The notes under the pieces were generated by a model. It did no database searches. It was given only the letters and a program-made list of their open reading frames with translations, and had not been told where the DNA came from. 64,000 nucleotides of DNA from Opitutales bacterium (GTDB lineage: Bacteria > Verrucomicrobiota > Verrucomicrobiia > Opitutales > PNEW01). Positions 1-9,786 of the stretch are shown here, piece after piece; the stretch's first letter is position 1; every line of letters begins with the position of its first letter. A program made the translations under genes and the position numbers. The stretch is taken from positions 32,001-96,000 of the forward strand of contig CBDANS010000004.1 of the NCBI GenBank assembly GCA_965197745.1, given 5' to 3'.

Positions 1-2
1 AC

Positions 3-199
3 GGCCCGACTGGTGCAACGGGACTAATAGGTCCAACAGGACCTCAAGGGATTCAGGGTTTAACTGGCCCCATTGGGCCGACAGGGACTGATGGAGTTCC
101 ATCGGGATTTATATAATAGGGGAAACACCAGTAGCTCCTAGTGGATATAATTTTTTAAGAGAGTTTATATTAGAAGGAACTGACATCTGGTTAACAAAG
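3..199 (+). pseudogene. Collagen-like (Gly-X-Y) repeat protein, 3' part, frameshifted and cut by an IS3 element
   Basis: Frame from base 3 reads [37 protein letters not shown] (stop 114-116). One extra T in the TTT run continues it as ...[32 protein letters not shown] up to the IS end at 201. Confidence 0.75.
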
Positions 200-200
200 G

Positions 201-1200
201 TGGCGTGACCGCCGAGGACTGGACCATTGCCAGTGAGAGTCTTTCCGTAAATAAGAACGGAAAGACGAATGAAACAGAAAAGACACAACACCGAGCAGAT
301 CATAGCAATCCTGCGCGAAGTAGACAGCGGCAGAGGCATCCAGGAAGTCTGCCGTGAGCACAACATCAGTGCTCAAAGCTACCATCGCTGGCGAAAAAAA
401 TATGGGCAGATGGACCTACGCAATGCGAAGCGGCTAAAGGAACTTGAAGGCGAGAACACGGAACTGAAAAAGATGTTAGCCGAGCAGATGTTAAAGAATC
501 GGGTATTGGAGGAAGTGAATAAAAAAAAATGGTAAGCTCGTCGCATAAGAAAGAAGCGGTCAAGCATGTGGTAGGGCAAGGGTTTTGCTCGCTGCGGCGG
601 GCCTGCAGGTATCTTCGGCTCCATCGCTCAACTTATCTCTACGAGTGCAAGCGAGAATCTTATGGTACTCAGACAATGGTGAGACGAATCATTAGAATTT
701 CAAAGGTACATTCGCGTTATTGCTATCGTCGTATTCGTGCCCTAATGGACAAAGAGGGGTGGAAGGTAAGCCGTAAATTCGTGCAAAAAGTGCGAAGAGC
801 TGAAGGGCTTGGAGTGAAACCCTCTCGTCGCCGACAGAGACGACGAGGGCACTCTACTGGGCTCCCTACCAAAGCAGTAAAGCCGAACCATGTATGGAGT
901 TGGGATTTTGTTGCCGACCACACCGATCGCGGAGGACAACTGCGGATGATGACTTTGATCGATGAATATACTCGTAAATGCCTGGCCATAAAGGTATCTC
1001 GTTCGCTCAAAAGCGAAAACGTGTTGCAAGTCTTAGTCGAAGCTATTGAAGTGTATGGCAGCCCCCCATGCATCCGTTCCGATAAAGATTCGCAGTTCGT
1101 AGCACAAAAAGTCAGAGAAGCACTCCTAAATAACCAGATCGATATTATCTACATCGACCCTGGCAGCCCTTTGGCAGAATGGCTATGTTGAATCCTTTAA
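201..1200 (+). mobile_element. IS3-family element, right end missing (orfA 269-535, orfB 529-1191)
   Basis: Left end TGGCGTGACC...ACTGGACCA. OrfA HTH (MKQKRHNTEQII), A9 frameshift window at the orfA/orfB junction, orfB with WSWDF and DEYTR motifs. Frameshift near PGSP-WQNG, then an abrupt end. Confidence 0.92.
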
Positions 1201-1390
1201 ACCATCGACGGCGTGACGTACCGAGGAACGTAGTAATGCCATAGCGAAGCACTCCTGTACCCCGGTGGCCTGGGCGGATCGGTGGAATGGTGCGGAGTCT
1301 CGGAGACTGCCACGGATGCATCGTTTTGAGGATTCTCGTATAACGCAAATAAACGATCGTCATACTGCAAGTATTTAATAAAAAATAATG

Positions 1391-1418
1391 TTGACTTATT
1401 TACGTATTTATCTACCGT
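1391..1418 (+). promoter_or_regulatory. Putative sigma70 promoter of the recombinase operon
   Basis: TTGACT-N16-TACCGT in an AT-rich stretch upstream of ATG 1493. Confidence 0.3.
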
Positions 1419-1492
1419 TTAGCGTGAATATACATATAATTTACTATTTACTAGGATTGAGTTACAACCGGACAACCACGAAAGAATATATC

Positions 1493-1732
1493 ATGGGTGA
1501 TGTGAAAACCATAGCGGAGGTGATTAATGCCGACGCGCAGGTAATAAGGAGCCATGCGCAAATCGCCTCGGACTCGGTAGGGAGTTACGCTCATTACAAT
1601 GAGGGGCCGCCTGCAAAGGTGCTTGAGGCGGTGAAGGATTGCATAGCGGAGATTCGCAGGGTGGCGGATCGGCTGGGGCGTGAGATCGAATCCCACCTCA
1701 ACAATAAGCAACAGGGAGGACAAAATGATTGA
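1493..1732 (+). CDS. Hypothetical protein (small, helical)
   Basis: ORF MGDVKTIAEV...; overlaps the start of the recombinase gene. Confidence 0.6.
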   Translation: MGDVKTIAEVINADAQVIRSHAQIASDSVGSYAHYNEGPPAKVLEAVKDCIAEIRRVADRLGREIESHLNNKQQGGQND

Positions 1733-2381
1733 GGATAACAAGACGGTTTGGGGATACTGCAGGGTGAGCACCGAGAGGCAGGATTACCTGGGGCAAAAAG
1801 CTTCAATCTATGAGTACGCAAATAAGCAGGGCTGGCAAATAGACCGCGTTGTGCAAACGACGGTGAGTAGTCGCAAGGAGGAGAAGGAACGGGGCCTTGA
1901 TGTTCTAAAGGAGGCGGCTCAAAGCGGGGAGGTGGACGTGATAATCTTCAGTGAATTATCGAGGCTTGGGCGAAGCGTTGGCCAGATATGCCGCCTGGTA
2001 ACGTTCTATGTCGAGGATTGCGGGGTATCGCTCCACTTCATTAAGGAGGGGCTGGTGTTGGAGGACGGCAAGCGTGATGTAGGGACTAAGGTTACCTTCT
2101 TTATGTTCTCGATGCTTGCGGAGATCGAGCGGGACTTGATTAGTGAGCGTACCCGGAGCGCATTGCAGGCACGCAAGGATCAGGGCGTTGTCCTGGGCCG
2201 CAAGCGGGGCACCTTCAAACTTAACGGACGCGGGGATGAGATCAAGAAGCGGGTTGACCAGGGGGTGAAGCTATACCGGATTGCGGATGATCTGAAAGTT
2301 GCCCCAAACACCCTGGCCGCGTGGCTTAAGAAGAATCGCAACGCTAAAGGTAAATGGATTTACAAAGAGGGTGCATCGTGA
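1725..2381 (+). CDS. Small serine recombinase (resolvase/invertase) with C-terminal HTH
   Basis: GGAGGA RBS before ATG 1725. Motifs GYCRVSTERQ (catalytic Ser), ELSRLGRS, AEIERDLISERT, LGRK, and a C-terminal HTH (LYRIADDLKVAPNTL). Confidence 0.95.
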   Translation: MIEDNKTVWGYCRVSTERQDYLGQKASIYEYANKQGWQIDRVVQTTVSSRKEEKERGLDVLKEAAQSGEVDVIIFSELSRLGRSVGQICRLVTFYVEDCGVSLHFIKEGLVLEDGKRDVGTKVTFFMFSMLAEIERDLISERTRSALQARKDQGVVLGRKRGTFKLNGRGDEIKKRVDQGVKLYRIADDLKVAPNTLAAWLKKNRNAKGKWIYKEGAS

Positions 2382-2791
2382 CCGATGCTCTGGATGGAAT
2401 AACTAAGCGTGGCGCGATTGCTCGCATGTTCGATGTCTCGCAGGAGATGGTGAAGTTGGTCTCGAAAGCGGTGCTGGTCGAGATGGAGGACAAGCATGGC
2501 GCCACCGATGCTCTTGAGGACTCGGACCCGGCCCGCGTTGCGGAGATCCGCGAGGGGTGGGAATACCAGTCGGAGTATGTGCAGGTTGTTTTGGGGCGGC
2601 TTGAGAAATTGCGGGGCGTTCGCTTGAGTCGGGCAAAGCGGCTGGAGATCTTTGATCCCGGCGAGGTGAGCAATGCAAAGCTGGATTATGTCGAGTCAGT
2701 GAATTATGCGCGGTCGTTTCAGGCGAGGGCTGATCGGTTTCTGTCTGGCCCGGAAGACGTCGAGGTTAAATCCGAGGGGGAGGAGGAGTAA
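2378..2791 (+). CDS. Hypothetical protein
   Basis: GTG start overlaps the recombinase stop (GTGA); acidic C-terminus. Confidence 0.65.
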   Translation: MTDALDGITKRGAIARMFDVSQEMVKLVSKAVLVEMEDKHGATDALEDSDPARVAEIREGWEYQSEYVQVVLGRLEKLRGVRLSRAKRLEIFDPGEVSNAKLDYVESVNYARSFQARADRFLSGPEDVEVKSEGEEE

Positions 2792-2795
2792 TAAA

Positions 2796-2912
2796 ATGCC
2801 TAGAAGAAAGAGAAATAAAATCGGGAGGCGGTTTGTTGAGGACGGCAGAGGAACGAGACTCGTTAAGAAATCCCCGGCCAGAAAGAAAGGGAAGAGCGAT
2901 GCTGGTAATTAA
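2796..2912 (+). CDS. Very small basic peptide (MPRRKRNKIGRRFVEDG...)
   Basis: Strong GGAGGAG RBS; ATG 4 nt after the previous stop. Confidence 0.4.
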   Translation: MPRRKRNKIGRRFVEDGRGTRLVKKSPARKKGKSDAGN

Positions 2913-3174
2913 GATCCGCGATGAGGTGATCACCTTTAACCCCGTGGGGGAATGGGTGAGTTCGGATAATAAGGCATTGGCCGCCACTCTCAACGCTATG
3001 TTTCCCGATGATTATGGGAATCCTGCTATAGTATTTTCAGAAGGTGGAAATGAGGGATTGGTGTTGGACCATCTCCAGTTGATATGGCCTGATCTCAAAG
3101 TGGTGGTTTTTGAACCCGAACCTCCTCCTCCGGAGAGGTCTGGCATCAGGTATTCCCGTGACGAGGAGGATTGA
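2899..3174 (+). CDS. Hypothetical protein
   Basis: ORF MLVIKIRDEV... overlapping the previous ORF, with purine-rich RBS. Confidence 0.6.
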   Translation: MLVIKIRDEVITFNPVGEWVSSDNKALAATLNAMFPDDYGNPAIVFSEGGNEGLVLDHLQLIWPDLKVVVFEPEPPPPERSGIRYSRDEED

Positions 3175-3374
3175 ACCGACGGCGACGTCTAGTGGATCTG
3201 TGCTAATTCTCCAATAGGCCCGACAGGGCTTAAGTTGGGCTATCAAGAGACTACAAAAATTGAACAAGCAAAGGCGATCCACATCAATGAAGCGGCTGCA
3301 CGCATCTTATTTGCCGAGGCAATGGACGCAGGTGGATTCGAGAAAAGCGTCGGTGCGGATGGTCCGCGAGTGGT

Positions 3375-3818
3375 ATGAATGGGCCGACATCGACTTGAAC
3401 GGGGCCGAGTGGCGGTACACGGTCACCAAGAGCAACACGCCGCATATCGATCCCCTGGCCAACTAAGCTGTCGCAATCTTTCGTGAATTGCATTCTCTAA
3501 CCGGACACGGCCGATGGGCGGAGGCACCCTGTTGGCAACACTGCGGGCCTTTGGATGTCCGCCCCGATCAGATTGACGATGCCACACGGTTTCCGGGCCA
3601 TGGCACGAACCATTCTGGATGAAGTATTAGGTTTCCGGCCCGATTTCATCGATCATCAGTTGGCCCATGCGGTACTGGACCCCAACGGTCGAGCCTACAA
3701 CCGGATGGCGTTCCTGCCGGAACGAAGGCGAATGATGCAGATGTGGGCCGACTATCTGGACAGGCTCAAGTCCTGTGACAAACTTGCCTTCCGGGCTCAG
3801 GACGGCCGTCTCTCATGA
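3375..3818 (+). pseudogene. P4-type tyrosine integrase, C-terminal remnant
   Basis: Fragments EWADIDLNGAEWRY...K and HGFRAMARTILDE...DHQLAH...AYNR...ERRRMMQMWADYLD. Interrupted by stops and deletions; no N-terminus. Confidence 0.88.
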
Positions 3819-3904
3819 TGGCCCGTCACCGTAACACGCGACCTGGACAAACCCGTGGATGCTGTGGGCAGCCACGAGTGGCAGTCTATCACTTCACACC
3901 TGCT

Positions 3905-4702
3905 TTATCTTGATGGCATGAATGTACGGATCCTGGGCATTGGAGGCGGCACCACATACCTCTCGAATGCGTATCCTGGAGACGTTATTCCGCTTTGTAT
4001 AAAGCTGAACAGCGATACGAGCAGATACTCAAGGCTATTCTCGGGTTTCAGGAAAGTAACTCCAGAGCAACCCAACGCGCTATATGACATCTGCTCGCCT
4101 GCGGCTGGTGCCAGCATTTCCTGGTTGAGAGTCAGAACGACGTTTGGCCTTAATTCTGCCGGCACCTGACCGTACAGATCGACAGTATGCTCGATCATCG
4201 TCTCAGGCTTGGCCCCAAAAGATTGACCGAACCCAAATGCGTAAATCTGACCGGAAGAGGATGAATTCTGTATCGTTTTCCAACTGCCGTTCGTGACACG
4301 CGTGCTCTTTTCAAGGTAGGTTCGGAATTTCACCTGACCTAGCGGTACTTCTTCTTTTGGTTCTACGAATCTCTTCAATCTTCTTACCGACGCGATATTG
4401 CTGTATATGTCGGCCAATTCTTTTTTTCCAATTGTGCTCTTTATCGAACCGACGGCGATCACCGATTCACACGGATAGTAGAAGACATCTTCCACATTGA
4501 ACACCGGACAAAATTGTCGTTCGTAGAGTACCAGGTCCATTTGTCCCGATGTGTTGCCGTCGCTGGCGATGACAAAACCGGTTCCTACGCCGACTCCATT
4601 TGGCAGAATGGATTCAAGCTTTGTCCTGACGGCATTTTCCCTGGCTTGCCCTTTAAGTCCGGGCGTTGTTACCTGTCCAGCGCGGCCATATGCGAGCATC
4701 AA
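3905..4702 (-). CDS. DUF6602-like protein (putative restriction-endonuclease fold)
   Basis: Motifs G.ARE..VR..LESILP..VGVGTGFVI...G..S.QMDLVLY and YPCESVIAVGSIKST. The frame stays open upstream to about 4750, so the original start may be lost. Confidence 0.7.
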   Translation of the reverse strand: MMLAYGRAGQVTTPGLKGQARENAVRTKLESILPNGVGVGTGFVIASDGNTSGQMDLVLYERQFCPVFNVEDVFYYPCESVIAVGSIKSTIGKKELADIYSNIASVRRLKRFVEPKEEVPLGQVKFRTYLEKSTRVTNGSWKTIQNSSSSGQIYAFGFGQSFGAKPETMIEHTVDLYGQVPAELRPNVVLTLNQEMLAPAAGEQMSYSALGCSGVTFLKPENSLEYLLVSLFSFIQSGITSPGYAFERYVVPPPMPRIRTFMPSR

Positions 4703-4798
4703 TTCCTCGCCGAGGTTCTTGATGTAATCGTGCGTGTCAAATTGCGGTATATTTCTCTAGGGAATTATATATAATAACAAAATTATTTCTTTAATCGT

Positions 4799-4921
4799 TT
4801 AAGATATTCCACTCATTGGATTTTTTTGGGGTGTATTCAGAACAGTCTTAGCTACATTATCGAGCGTATCGGGAATTCTGTCAGACATCATTGGTAATTT
4901 CTTCTCCTTGTTCTTTGTTAT
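4799..4921 (-). CDS. Small peptide of the kind often found beside IS1595-family transposases
   Basis: IPDTLDNVAKTVLNTPQK motif (recalled association) followed by a GGGAATTATAT end-like sequence at 4760. Confidence 0.3.
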   Translation of the reverse strand: MTKNKEKKLPMMSDRIPDTLDNVAKTVLNTPQKNPMSGIS

Positions 4922-5420
4922 CATTGTCCTGTTTTGATTGACTTTTGTTATTATTGAATTGTTCCACCTATCAAACACACAGGCGTTCAGATACACCCCC
5001 CGAAGATAATATGTAACACCACCGATGCCGCCCCAGAGTCCGCACAGTAAAGCAAGTTGAATGGTAGAGGAAGGTAGGACAAGTTTACCTTAGAGTAAAA
5101 GAATCCCCATAGTCGAATACCCCCCCAGCATAAACAGTAGATACGCGATTGCCCGTTTCATGTTCTTTTTTAGCACAATGAATTATAAAATGAGTCTAAA
5201 CATCTGCCCATATGCTAAATAAGTATCATTATCTTAGCAATGATTAGATCAAGAAAATATGATACCTTGTATGCTGAAGCATGTATGGTATGATATGGCG
5301 AGCTTATCTACCTGCAAGGATCATTAATATTAATTACGTTAAGATCTGAGAGAAGCTAGTGAAGGGTTCCTGTGTGTGGGAAGTTAAACTGTACATATCG
5401 GTATATGATATTACGACCAG

Positions 5421-5506
5421 TGGAGTGACTCCAAAATCGTATCATTTACAGAGAGAGTGGCGTGACCACCAACCTGTGGAGCCATTTATGGAAAGCGAAT
5501 TGAGAG
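5421..5506 (+). mobile_element. Two stacked orphan IS3 left ends plus an orfB scrap
   Basis: TGGAGTGACTCCAAAATCGTATCATTTACAGAGAGAG matches 22791 and 31066. It is followed by TGGCGTGACCACC, then GCCATTTATGGAAAGCGAATTGAGAG, which matches orfB of other copies. Confidence 0.75.
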
Positions 5507-6140
5507 TGATCGGACCCCATTAATCGTAACAGTTTAAGTGAGAGAGTTACCGGGTGTTAATGGTTTTAGGATTAATGTATATGGGAAATCCTGGCGATGT
5601 AAGAGCGTGGCCCGAACGTTACTAAAATTGGAAAGTAATCTGACAAACTTGTAAGTCCACAGCCCACCACTGAGCTTTCCTGCTGGCCTGCATAGGCCTG
5701 TAGCTGAACGTTGACCAACTCTGAGACTGAGATAGGCAAAAGCCCTCTAAAACGAGCACAGCCCTTTCTCAGCCGCACCTTTTACTGCTAGCTTCTTCTG
5801 CTTTGGGCTCACCCCATTCTTGACAGTGTTTCCTCCAAGACTTGGTTCTTTAGCATTTGATCGGCGAGCATCTTCTTCAACTCGGTGTTTTCTTTTTCCA
5901 GCTCTTTAAATCGCTAGAGCATCGGCCAGTTCCAAATTGCCATATTTTTACCCCAGCGATAGAAGGTCTGTTCACTCAGGTTGTTGCCTCGGCAGATTTC
6001 CTCTACCGTTTTACCGGTATCGGCTTGCCGTAGTATTGTTATAATCTGTTCGGTTGTGTATCTTTTTCTTTTCATTGAGGTTATCTGTTTATTCCGATAA
6101 CCTCTCTCTGTAAATGATACGATTTTTTTGGTCACTGCCA
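5507..6140 (-). mobile_element. Internally deleted IS3 derivative (degenerate orfA, both ends present)
   Basis: Ends match 31066-31637; orfA MKRKRYTTEQII is frameshifted; most of orfB is missing. Confidence 0.85.
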
Positions 6141-6312
6141 CTCACGGCAGACTTCATCGGTGCTTATCTGGCAGTCTCTGCGTCGCTTAATATCCGGATA
6201 ATCTGCCCGGTCTTGTGTCGCGATTTCTTCATCATAATTTTCCTTCCTTTTGTCAGAAAATCGTCTTATTAGCGGTGAATTAGATTAAGAGGGCCCACCC
6301 AGAGTCACTCTA
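6141..6312 (-). mobile_element. IS3 orfA 5' fragment interrupted by the neighbouring IS
   Basis: Minus strand reads MMKKSRHKTGQIIRILSDAET...DEVCRE. Confidence 0.65.
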
Positions 6313-6437
6313 TCAGACTTGAAACAAATAAACCTTCGGCATGCAGCCCTTAGTATGGCCAATCTAGAGGGTCTATCCTAGGTAATGGAATCATATTAGA
6401 CATTGACCGGATTCCACATTTAATTTCTCAGTAAAAA

Positions 6438-9029
6438 ATGCGATTTTACTATATTCTAAGAAGATGGCTACTCATTGTAGTATACTCAATTATAGGTGGT
6501 TTAATATCAGCTGCTCTCTTCCAATACGGTACTATTTTCTTCAATAGATATAAATATAATCTTCCTGACTCAAATTATGATGTATTGATTATATTATATT
6601 ACGGTCTCTTTTTGTTTGGAATTATAATTTTAAATCAAAAATCTAGAGTTAAGTTTTGGCATTTCAGTTTTTTTATTACTCATCCCCCATTTATCATATC
6701 AGTACTCACTGCGCTGCTTATAACCCCTTTAATTACCAGACTTACTTCGCAGGGGATTGACAATATTTACCCTACTTACCGTCAAGTCGCTTGTATTTCA
6801 TTATCTTATGTCCTCATATTTATTTTACAGCGATTTATTCTATGGATACACCAAATTTTTAATAATTTAGTCTCACCACCGTCAAAAGATATTAATGTAA
6901 ATGCATCAACCATTCTTGAACTTAGTGATGCTCAAATAATAAAGTGGATCAAAATTGAGAAACCAATTAAATCACCGGATCAGGATCTATTCCAATTTAA
7001 CTATCTAGCCAACCGCGTATATGAAAAAATTAATGAAGGTATCGGTACAACCTTGGCTATTGTTGGAAAATTTGGCAGCGGAAAATCCAGTTTGATTGAG
7101 CTAATAGAGGGAAAGTCTAAAGATAATCAAAATAAAAAACTATGGTTCGTGAAAATAAATTGTTGGGGATTTGAAGATTCTACTAAGGCTCAAGAGATTA
7201 TATTGAAACAAACTTTAGTATCTCTATCAAAGCGAGTTGATTGTTTATCTATTTATAGGATACCTGCAAGGTACATTGAAGCTATATCAAAATTAAACAG
7301 GTATGTAGATGCATTTTTAACAGCCTTTGATGCATCAATAGATCCATTAACCGAACTGCAAAAGATTTCTCTAATATTACTAGCCGTCAAGGCACGTCTC
7401 ATTATTATCATTGAGGATACTGACAGGAACGGCGTAAAATTTAACGCAGAGGATCTAGAAGCACTTTTATTTAGGCTAAAGCAAGTTGAAGGTATCTCAT
7501 TTATATTGACAACTGATACTTCAAGTAAAGTTGATTTTGCAAAACTCTGTGAATACAGCGAAAGTATTCCTAATCTAGATGTTGATCAATCATTACGTAT
7601 TATTAGTACGGTTCGAAAATTTTGTCTGGATAGTTATCTTGATGATATCCATCCAATTTCTTATGAAGATAGCCTTAGACAAGATAGGGAGGGCCCTGAT
7701 GCTATTTCCAGTCCGATTAGTTTATATCAAACAACGAGTTGGCAGGATTCCCTCGTTGATTTGTTGTCTACACCCAGATACTTGAAAAGAACTTTAAGAC
7801 GCACAATAAATGCATGGGAAAGATTACACGGTGAAGTTGATATTAACGAACTGTTGATTATTACAGCATTGCGCGAAACTGCTACCCCTGCATTTTCATT
7901 TCTTAACCGCCATTATCAGGAAATTCGATCCTTATCGCCTAATAGTTCCGATGACCATGAAAATAGGTTGAGTAAAAATAAAATACAGAATCTGAAAGAA
8001 AACTGGAATGAAATAATAGAGCGTTCGAATTTCGATTCTACTATAGTTTCAATATTAATGCGTGAGATATTACCTGCAACTGATTTTCTTTTTAGTAATA
8101 TATATAATCCTACGACCAAAACAATACAGGGGATTAAAAATAAAGATGCACCCATTGATTACGGAGAACGTTATTTCTCTGAATCAATTTTAGAAAACCA
8201 CATCCGCGATCAATCAGTTTTGCAAACAATTAAAAAAATCAACTCGGGTAATAGTGAAGGTATTAATGATGCTTCTAAAAATATTTTTGAATCTAAAATA
8301 TTTAGTGAGATTTTAGTCTATTATGGTGATCGTATTGAAGAAGATAATTTATTACCGCTTTTGAGTAGCTTATATAAATTAATTCGGGTGAAAATGGGAA
8401 GTAAAGCTTATCATGATAAACCAGGTTTCATAGAACTATGGAATTATGGACGAAATAAATTCCCACAACTCCCAGGATTTAAGACTTGGATTTATTCTGA
8501 AATTCGTAACTCCTTTCCTAATAATATTAAATTTGTAAATGCTCTATGCTATTGGTGGTGTCCATATGAAAGCCAACATATTGATACTGAACTTGTGAGA
8601 CAATATATATGTGATTTATCAAAGGAATACTTTAAAAAATTATCATCAAAGGATTTCGCAAATTGCTTTGACGAAGATTATCCTTGGTCACTGTCGTGGT
8701 TGGTTTTTATTGAACCCAGGAATGAAATCGATGTTTCAATAAGTAATGCTCCTGATTGGTCTTGGCTTGGACCAGTTTTAATAGATGCTTCGAAGGAAGT
8801 TCCAGAAAAAATCAATCCCCAGATTGCATTTATGTGCAAAATACAAAATCAAAGTTTTTTCGACTACGACAATGAAGTATTAGATGGTATATTTGGCGAT
8901 AGAAAAAATGAAATTATGCAAGAGTTGGCAAAACCTTATGAGGTAAATCCTAATTTTTCAAAGGATGATCAAGTTAAACTTAAATCAGCAACCAAGAAAG
9001 CTCAGCAATGGCCAATAAAGAATGCATAA
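6438..9029 (+). CDS. KAP-family P-loop NTPase with N-terminal transmembrane helices
   Basis: About four hydrophobic N-terminal segments; D.FQF...A, Walker A GKFGSGKS, INCWGF, Walker B IIIIEDTDR, TPR..KR. Confidence 0.9.
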   Translation: MRFYYILRRWLLIVVYSIIGGLISAALFQYGTIFFNRYKYNLPDSNYDVLIILYYGLFLFGIIILNQKSRVKFWHFSFFITHPPFIISVLTALLITPLITRLTSQGIDNIYPTYRQVACISLSYVLIFILQRFILWIHQIFNNLVSPPSKDINVNASTILELSDAQIIKWIKIEKPIKSPDQDLFQFNYLANRVYEKINEGIGTTLAIVGKFGSGKSSLIELIEGKSKDNQNKKLWFVKINCWGFEDSTKAQEIILKQTLVSLSKRVDCLSIYRIPARYIEAISKLNRYVDAFLTAFDASIDPLTELQKISLILLAVKARLIIIIEDTDRNGVKFNAEDLEALLFRLKQVEGISFILTTDTSSKVDFAKLCEYSESIPNLDVDQSLRIISTVRKFCLDSYLDDIHPISYEDSLRQDREGPDAISSPISLYQTTSWQDSLVDLLSTPRYLKRTLRRTINAWERLHGEVDINELLIITALRETATPAFSFLNRHYQEIRSLSPNSSDDHENRLSKNKIQNLKENWNEIIERSNFDSTIVSILMREILPATDFLFSNIYNPTTKTIQGIKNKDAPIDYGERYFSESILENHIRDQSVLQTIKKINSGNSEGINDASKNIFESKIFSEILVYYGDRIEEDNLLPLLSSLYKLIRVKMGSKAYHDKPGFIELWNYGRNKFPQLPGFKTWIYSEIRNSFPNNIKFVNALCYWWCPYESQHIDTELVRQYICDLSKEYFKKLSSKDFANCFDEDYPWSLSWLVFIEPRNEIDVSISNAPDWSWLGPVLIDASKEVPEKINPQIAFMCKIQNQSFFDYDNEVLDGIFGDRKNEIMQELAKPYEVNPNFSKDDQVKLKSATKKAQQWPIKNA

Positions 9030-9122
9030 GTGTACTAGTTATGATATGATCTGACAGAAGATAGAGAAGGGTAACTCTGTCTGGGAAGTTAGACCATAAC
9101 CACAATCCCCCCTCGTGGGTTG

Positions 9123-9210
9123 TGGTCGTATTACATAAACTGATCCACCAGAAGAATTAGCCTGAGGATGTTTAGGTTGAAGTTAATTTGGTAGAGGAAA
9201 ACAAAGCCTG
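9123..9210 (-). mobile_element. Degenerate orphan IS3 right end
   Basis: TGGTCGTATTACATAAACTGATCCACC...GTTGAAGTTAATTTGGTAGAGGAA resembles 15470 and 19500. Confidence 0.7.
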
Positions 9211-9279
9211 AAGCTTATAATATATGAATGAACATATAATCAAATTGAATTATATATGATACTTTCAGTTATTAAATTT

Positions 9280-9741
9280 TCATATTATCTTCTTCTCGTA
9301 GAAGATACAATCAAATCCTTCAATTATTCCTCGATGAACTTCAGTATAATCGTGTTGTTCATATAGTCTTTGAGCTGGGGTTTGTTTAACAGTTGTGTCA
9401 AGGTGCAGTATCTGATAACCAAGTTCCTTTGCTCGACGTTCAAGCTCTTTAAGAATGGCCTGACCAAATCCTTGTCTTTGATATTCAGGTTTTACGCGCA
9501 TGCGGGTGATTTTGGCTCTAAAATTATCTATTCTTTTCAATGCACCCATAGCGACAATTTCATTATCAATTTCACCTACTAAAAATCCACCGCCATTGTG
9601 TATATATTCCTTTTCTATGTTGTGTAAATCATCGTCCCATGACCCGTTGCCTGCATGTGCTCCTATTTCATTTAAAGCAGTATTATGCAGATTCCAAACC
9701 TCGTCGTGGTCTTCTTTACAGTATGTGCGTAAATGTAACAT
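9280..9741 (-). CDS. GNAT N-acetyltransferase
   Basis: RMRVKPEYQRQGFGQAIL acetyl-CoA motif; A..LYE..Y. Confidence 0.92.
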   Translation of the reverse strand: MLHLRTYCKEDHDEVWNLHNTALNEIGAHAGNGSWDDDLHNIEKEYIHNGGGFLVGEIDNEIVAMGALKRIDNFRAKITRMRVKPEYQRQGFGQAILKELERRAKELGYQILHLDTTVKQTPAQRLYEQHDYTEVHRGIIEGFDCIFYEKKII

Positions 9742-9786
9742 GAGAAGTGATCGAACCCGTTTATTGTATCCGCTTTAGTGAGAGAG

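Noticed and set aside
1725..2791. IS607-type element (serine recombinase + TnpB)
   Set aside because: The HTH is C-terminal rather than N-terminal, and the downstream ORF has no RuvC or zinc-finger motifs.
1206..3190. CGACGGCG(TG)ACGT at both sides of the recombinase operon as att sites
   Set aside because: Short, gapped and GC-rich; the left copy looks like the end of a coding remnant (TIDGVTYRGT*).
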